Assembly (NCBI GenBank): GCA_038748225.1
Contig: JBCDJC010000036.1
Coordinates: 6,261 to 30,260, forward strand
Direction of reading: 5' to 3'
Length of the DNA: 24,000 nt
Source: Cyanobacteria bacterium P01_H01_bin.26
Lineage (GTDB): Bacteria; Cyanobacteriota; Cyanobacteriia; Phormidesmidales; Phormidesmidaceae
Shown: in pieces, positions 20,744 through 24,000 of the stretch
Layout: each line of letters starts with the position of its first letter
Position numbering within the stretch: the stretch's first letter is position 1
The notes under the pieces: model-generated
What the model was told of the DNA's origin: nothing
Database searches by the model: none
What the model saw: only the letters and a program-made list of their open reading frames with translations
Made by a program: the position numbers and the translations under genes

Positions 20744-21889
20744 ATGAGTCAAATTTCAGAGCAAAGCCAACCCCAAAGAAATTCGACCATAAAGTGGCTT
20801 AGCGTTGTCTTTCTAGTTTACTTACTAATTGTCGCCGTCGGTATGATTGGGGCAGGCTTTAAGTCTGCCACAGGTGACCAGGCCGAAGAACTGTTTGCCT
20901 TTGCCACCAACCCCTTTATGGGGCTTATTGTCGGCACGGTGGCCACCGCCCTAATCCAATCATCTAGTACCGTTACCTCAATTATCGTTGGTTTGGTGGC
21001 AGGTGGTCTACCCGTGGCCACAGCTGTCCCCATGGTCATGGGGGCCAATATCGGTACCACCATTACCAATACCCTGGTCAGTCTGGGACATGTAGGCGAT
21101 AAGAGCGAATTCAAAAAAGCGTTTGCCGCCGCTACCGTCCATGACTTTTTCAACTTGCTCAGCGTCATCCTCTTTCTGCCCCTAGAGATTCTTTTTCATC
21201 CGTTAGAAAGAATGGGTCTGGCCATCGCCAACGCAATAGCAGGTGGTGGTTCTTTAAGCATGAAAAACCTGAATGCTGTTAAGGCTGTAACGGCCCCCTT
21301 GGTCAACGGATTTAAGGCCGTTACCCATGTGCTGCCAGCGCCGTTTGATGGCATTTTGCTGATTCTGCTGGGGATTGGACTGATTTTCCTAACCATTACC
21401 TTTATTGGCAAACTGCTTAAGGCGCTGATGGTTGGCAAGGCCAAGGACATTCTGCACGTCGCCATTGGCCGTGGCCCCATTGCTGGTATCGTCGCTGGCA
21501 CGCTGATTACCATCTTGGTCCAGTCCTCATCCACAACCACCAGCCTGATGATTCCCCTGGCTGGGGCTGGGGTATTTGGCCTGGCTCAAATTTACCCCTT
21601 TACCTTGGGTGCCAACATCGGCACCTGTGTGACAGCGCTACTCGCAGCCACAGCTGTCTCTGGTGCGGAGGCGGTCCCCGCGTTGGAAATCGCCATGGTA
21701 CACATGCTTTATAACTTTCTAGGGGTCGTTGTCATCTACGGCATTCCTTTTTTGTGCAAACTGCCGCTGATGGGGGCTCAAACCCTGGCAAATGTGGCCT
21801 CTGAACGTAAGTATTTAGCGTTTATGTACATAGTTTCAGTGTTCTTTGTGATACCTGGCATCCTGTTGGGCTTTACGGCACTGTCCTAG
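20744..21889 (+). CDS. Na+/phosphate cotransporter family protein (Na_Pi_cotrans / NptA-like), without a C-terminal PhoU-like domain
   Basis: This polytopic membrane protein carries the duplicated family signature LIQSSSTVTSIIVGLVAGG...ANIGTTITN and LVQSSSTTTSLMIPLAGAG...ANIGTCVTA. I prefer ATG 20744, preceded by GGAGG (20731-20735). The track ORF starts at GTG 20606, but that 46-aa extension is not membrane-protein-like. Confidence 0.88.
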   Translation: MSQISEQSQPQRNSTIKWLSVVFLVYLLIVAVGMIGAGFKSATGDQAEELFAFATNPFMGLIVGTVATALIQSSSTVTSIIVGLVAGGLPVATAVPMVMGANIGTTITNTLVSLGHVGDKSEFKKAFAAATVHDFFNLLSVILFLPLEILFHPLERMGLAIANAIAGGGSLSMKNLNAVKAVTAPLVNGFKAVTHVLPAPFDGILLILLGIGLIFLTITFIGKLLKALMVGKAKDILHVAIGRGPIAGIVAGTLITILVQSSSTTTSLMIPLAGAGVFGLAQIYPFTLGANIGTCVTALLAATAVSGAEAVPALEIAMVHMLYNFLGVVVIYGIPFLCKLPLMGAQTLANVASERKYLAFMYIVSVFFVIPGILLGFTALS

Positions 21890-21928
21890 GATGCGTTGTC
21901 CCCCTTTTTCAAAAAGGAGATTTTGACC

Positions 21929-22222
21929 ATGAGTACACAGCTTGAATATGTTCAACAGCTGGAGCATAAAATTGCAATAGCAAAGAACCAGCTGGATACC
22001 TTAAAAGCTGAACAAAAAGATGCCCTATTAGCTGCTCAGCATGAGGAAATTGAGAATCTAGAGAAATATCTAGACGAAGCCCATGTCAATCTCAAGGGTA
22101 TTTCTGAGGCGGCCGACGACGCCTGGCAAGAATTCAAGGATTCAATCGAAGCTCTGATGCAAAACATCAGCGATGGCCTCAAACACCTGATCGGTGACTC
22201 TGACGATTCGATGGGATCTTAG
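21929..22222 (+). CDS. Small acidic coiled-coil protein, probably co-transcribed with the Na/Pi-cotransporter-family gene
   Basis: The 97-aa ORF starts at ATG 21929, preceded by AAGGAG (21914-21919), and lies 39 nt after the transporter stop. The predicted helical sequence is QLEHKIAIAKNQLDTLKAEQKDALLAAQHEEIENLEKYLDEAH. The track ORF starts at an upstream TTG (21896). Confidence 0.6.
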   Translation: MSTQLEYVQQLEHKIAIAKNQLDTLKAEQKDALLAAQHEEIENLEKYLDEAHVNLKGISEAADDAWQEFKDSIEALMQNISDGLKHLIGDSDDSMGS

Positions 22223-22243
22223 AAAGAACCTCAAGCTACGCCA

Positions 22244-22286
22244 CTAAAACCCTATCGGTTCTGAGCCAGTACCAATAGGGTTTTAG
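22244..22286 (+). terminator. Candidate terminator-like long hairpin after the small coiled-coil gene
   Basis: The 12-bp arms ctaaaaccctat (22244-22255) and atagggttttag (22275-22286) enclose a 19-nt loop. The U-run (gggUUUUag) is part of the 3' arm and pairs with an A-run, which resembles a bidirectional terminator. Confidence 0.4.
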
Positions 22287-22635
22287 ATTGAGAATTTAAT
22301 TAGGTCCTACTGGTTGCCGTACAGGTTGCCGTGGCAATCTGTGCAGACGTAATTCTTGGAGCTTATGCAATCCTTATCCCTGAGCTAAAATCCCAGCACG
22401 TTGGCCAGCTTATCGATGATTTTTGACTGTAGCTTTTCTTTAAATGCCCAAAGCTTCGATATGAGAGGAACTCAGCGCTGCAAATACACAGATCGGACCC
22501 TAGCAAATTCGCTATGGATAGGAAATGTAAAGGGACAGATTAAATATTGGTATCTTTTGATGAAGATATGATGGGAGCTTATGGGTTAAAATCGCCATGC
22601 TACTGCGCTGAGTAGTTATTACTAGCGACATAATT

Positions 22636-22851
22636 ATGAACGTTATTTCCGGGACCCAGTCCGTTTCAGAGTCTGTGGTAGATGTGGATGCCTCTAGCCA
22701 TCAGACTCAGCCAGCCTCAAACGATAAAAAGATTTATTTAGCTGAGCTTAAGCGTTATCCCTATCAGCCCGATCTTCAAGTTGAGATTTTGCACCTTCAG
22801 GCTGAGGCGGATGCCTTACTGCTACAGCTCAAAGCCATGGGATGCAAGTAG
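22636..22851 (+). CDS. Hypothetical small protein (71 aa), weakly supported
   Basis: The ORF has an ATG start and no obvious SD. Its C-terminal amphipathic helix is DLQVEILHLQAEADALLLQLKAMG. It is the only ORF in an otherwise ORF-free stretch of ~800 nt. I recognise no motif. Confidence 0.35.
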   Translation: MNVISGTQSVSESVVDVDASSHQTQPASNDKKIYLAELKRYPYQPDLQVEILHLQAEADALLLQLKAMGCK

Positions 22852-22901
22852 CCTAACGCCCTACCGGTTTAGAGATGGGGACTGTCTGTGAGCGAAAAAC
22901 T

Positions 22902-22935
22902 AATGCTGGAGAGACGTTGTATGAAACGTCTGTAC
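22902..22935. repeat. 34-nt hairpin-forming dispersed repeat, copy B (inverted relative to copy A at 4113-4146)
   Basis: aatgctggagagacgttgtatgaaacgtctgtac matches the reverse complement of 4113-4146 at 31 of 34 positions. It has a perfect 7-bp stem, agacgtt (22912-22918) / aacgtct (22925-22931), with a 6-nt loop. Both copies have an A5 run a few nt upstream in the copy-B orientation. Confidence 0.75.
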
Positions 22936-23099
22936 GTCCAGTGTCCTAATAATTTTTTCATTGGGGATACTGATTGCAGTCATGCCGGGCTACTTGTTAA
23001 GCGGTATTACTAAGCGTCGTGGCTGCATTAAGAAAAGCGGCAAATTCGATTCTGACCTCTTGGAAATCAAATACGTTAGGGATCACCTACCCCGTTTGT

Positions 23100-23615
23100 A
23101 TGCGTTCCATGAGTTATCATTGCCCTCCCCTGTCAGCCTCTGACCAACTGTCGGACAGTTCGCTATATACCCTTAACTACCATGACACCTATCCATGCCC
23201 CGTTTGTGGCAGCGGCGAGCTATCGGTACTGACCCTGACTGAGGCCTTTGCCTGTAATTTTTGTCGGCACATCTTCTCTACGAATTTGGAGTCCCAGTCA
23301 ATCCAGATGTTGGACAGTACCCAATCCATGGTTTGGCATTGGACCGGTGAAAAATGGCGATATAAGCACCGTTCCGACCGGCATGTAACGGCTGTAGTTT
23401 GGAGTTTTGCGCTGGCTATTGCCTGTTTGCCTGCCTTTATGGTGATGCTATCTAACTATATGTTCCCCCCCATGGATGGGGATGGCTTAAATCGGTTTTC
23501 GATTGTTTGGACGGTGGCCACATTGCTAGCCCACACAGGTATTGTGCTGTGGTTAATTGCTGAACATTACCAGTGGCCCTGGTATGTGACAGTAAAAATT
23601 AAGCTAAGCCGCTAG
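23100..23615 (+). CDS. Hypothetical membrane protein with an N-terminal CxxC...CxxC zinc-ribbon and two predicted transmembrane helices
   Basis: The ribbon motif is CPVCGSGELSVLTLTEAFACNFCRHIF. The hydrophobic segments are VTAVVWSFALAIACLPAFMVMLS and FSIVWTVATLLAHTGIVLWLIA. The track ORF begins at GTG 23019; ATG 23100 (or 23109) is the first ATG, and the choice of start is uncertain. Confidence 0.6.
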   Translation: MRSMSYHCPPLSASDQLSDSSLYTLNYHDTYPCPVCGSGELSVLTLTEAFACNFCRHIFSTNLESQSIQMLDSTQSMVWHWTGEKWRYKHRSDRHVTAVVWSFALAIACLPAFMVMLSNYMFPPMDGDGLNRFSIVWTVATLLAHTGIVLWLIAEHYQWPWYVTVKIKLSR

Positions 23616-23646
23616 GGCGGCTCTAAATAGACAGGGAGGGCAGCAG

Positions 23647-24000
23647 CTATAGATCAAACATGCGTTTGAGGCGTTTTCTAGCCCAGATCACCGGATTGAC
23701 GTCATCCTCACTGGAGTCAACCAGATTGAGGGCACGCATTTCTCGCTGGCGCTGGGCTAGCTCATCCCGATGTTTGGCCATGGCTTGCACCACAAGATTT
23801 GAGAGGTCGGGGTAGCGCCGTAGCAAATCGGAAAAGCTAGGTTGGTTGATGACAAACAACAGGGCGTCCTCGGAGACGCGCGCCATGGCGGTGCGGGGCA
23901 CCCCCAGGAGTAAAGCCACCTCACCAAAAAATTGGCCCGGTTCAAGGGTGGCCAGGTGGCGGTTTAGTTTTTCAGCCAGGATATCAACCTTGCCCTCCAG
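23647..24000 (-). CDS. Cyclic-nucleotide-binding-domain protein, 3' portion (the 5' end lies beyond the right window edge)
   Basis: The minus-strand frame stays open from 23919 to the window edge. Translating 24000 down to 23647 gives LEGKVDILAEKLNRHLATLEPGQFFGEVALLLGVPRTAMARVSEDALLFVI. This is the CAP/cNMP-binding beta-roll signature (FGE.ALL....R.A.v.A). The M at 23919 in the track is an internal GTG (Val). Confidence 0.8.
   Translation of the reverse strand: MEGKVDILAEKLNRHLATLEPGQFFGEVALLLGVPRTAMARVSEDALLFVINQPSFSDLLRRYPDLSNLVVQAMAKHRDELAQRQREMRALNLVDSSEDDVNPVIWARKRLKRMFDL

Noticed and set aside
22961-23143. 60-aa plus-strand ORF overlapping the 5' region of the zinc-ribbon protein frame
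   Set aside because: It has a TTG start and no motif, and it competes with a longer ORF that has clear zinc-ribbon and transmembrane features. I cannot exclude it as a tiny leader peptide, but there is no positive evidence.

Overview
This is a cyanobacterial chromosomal segment, identified by phycobilisome genes, a cyanobacterial-type ATP synthase operon with a b-prime subunit, and 7 exact HIP1 (GCGATCGC) octamers. Two textbook core clusters dominate it. The first is the phycobilisome core cluster apcE-apcA-apcB-apcC on the minus strand (6989-11827). The second is the large ATP synthase operon atpI-atpB-atpE-atpF2-atpF-atpH-atpA-atpG on the plus strand (13658-19775; cyanobacterial names atp1-atpI-H-G-F-D-A-C). 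The left flank holds a very large ORF (1-3924, possibly 5'-truncated by the window edge) that fuses a ~690-aa polyanionic low-complexity region to a divergent Hsp70/actin-like ATPase domain. It also holds a cyanobacterial AbrB-like regulator, a high-light-inducible protein (HLIP) gene, and a secreted HtrA-like serine protease carrying two PPC domains instead of PDZ. A class I SAM methyltransferase lies between the two core clusters. The right flank holds a coiled-coil protein, a Na/Pi-cotransporter-family gene with a small coiled-coil partner, a weak 71-aa ORF, a zinc-ribbon membrane protein, and the 3' part of a cNMP-binding-domain gene running off the right edge. I found no rRNA, tRNA, CRISPR array, transposase or integrase. 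Most of the window is ordinary, conserved core genome. The least-explained items are the giant acidic Hsp70-like ORF, a 34-nt hairpin repeat present twice in inverted orientation in intergenic DNA, several structured intergenic RNA elements inside the apc and atp operons, and two candidate regulator sites (HLR1-like, Pho-box-like). All functional calls rest on motif recognition by eye; no database search was possible.
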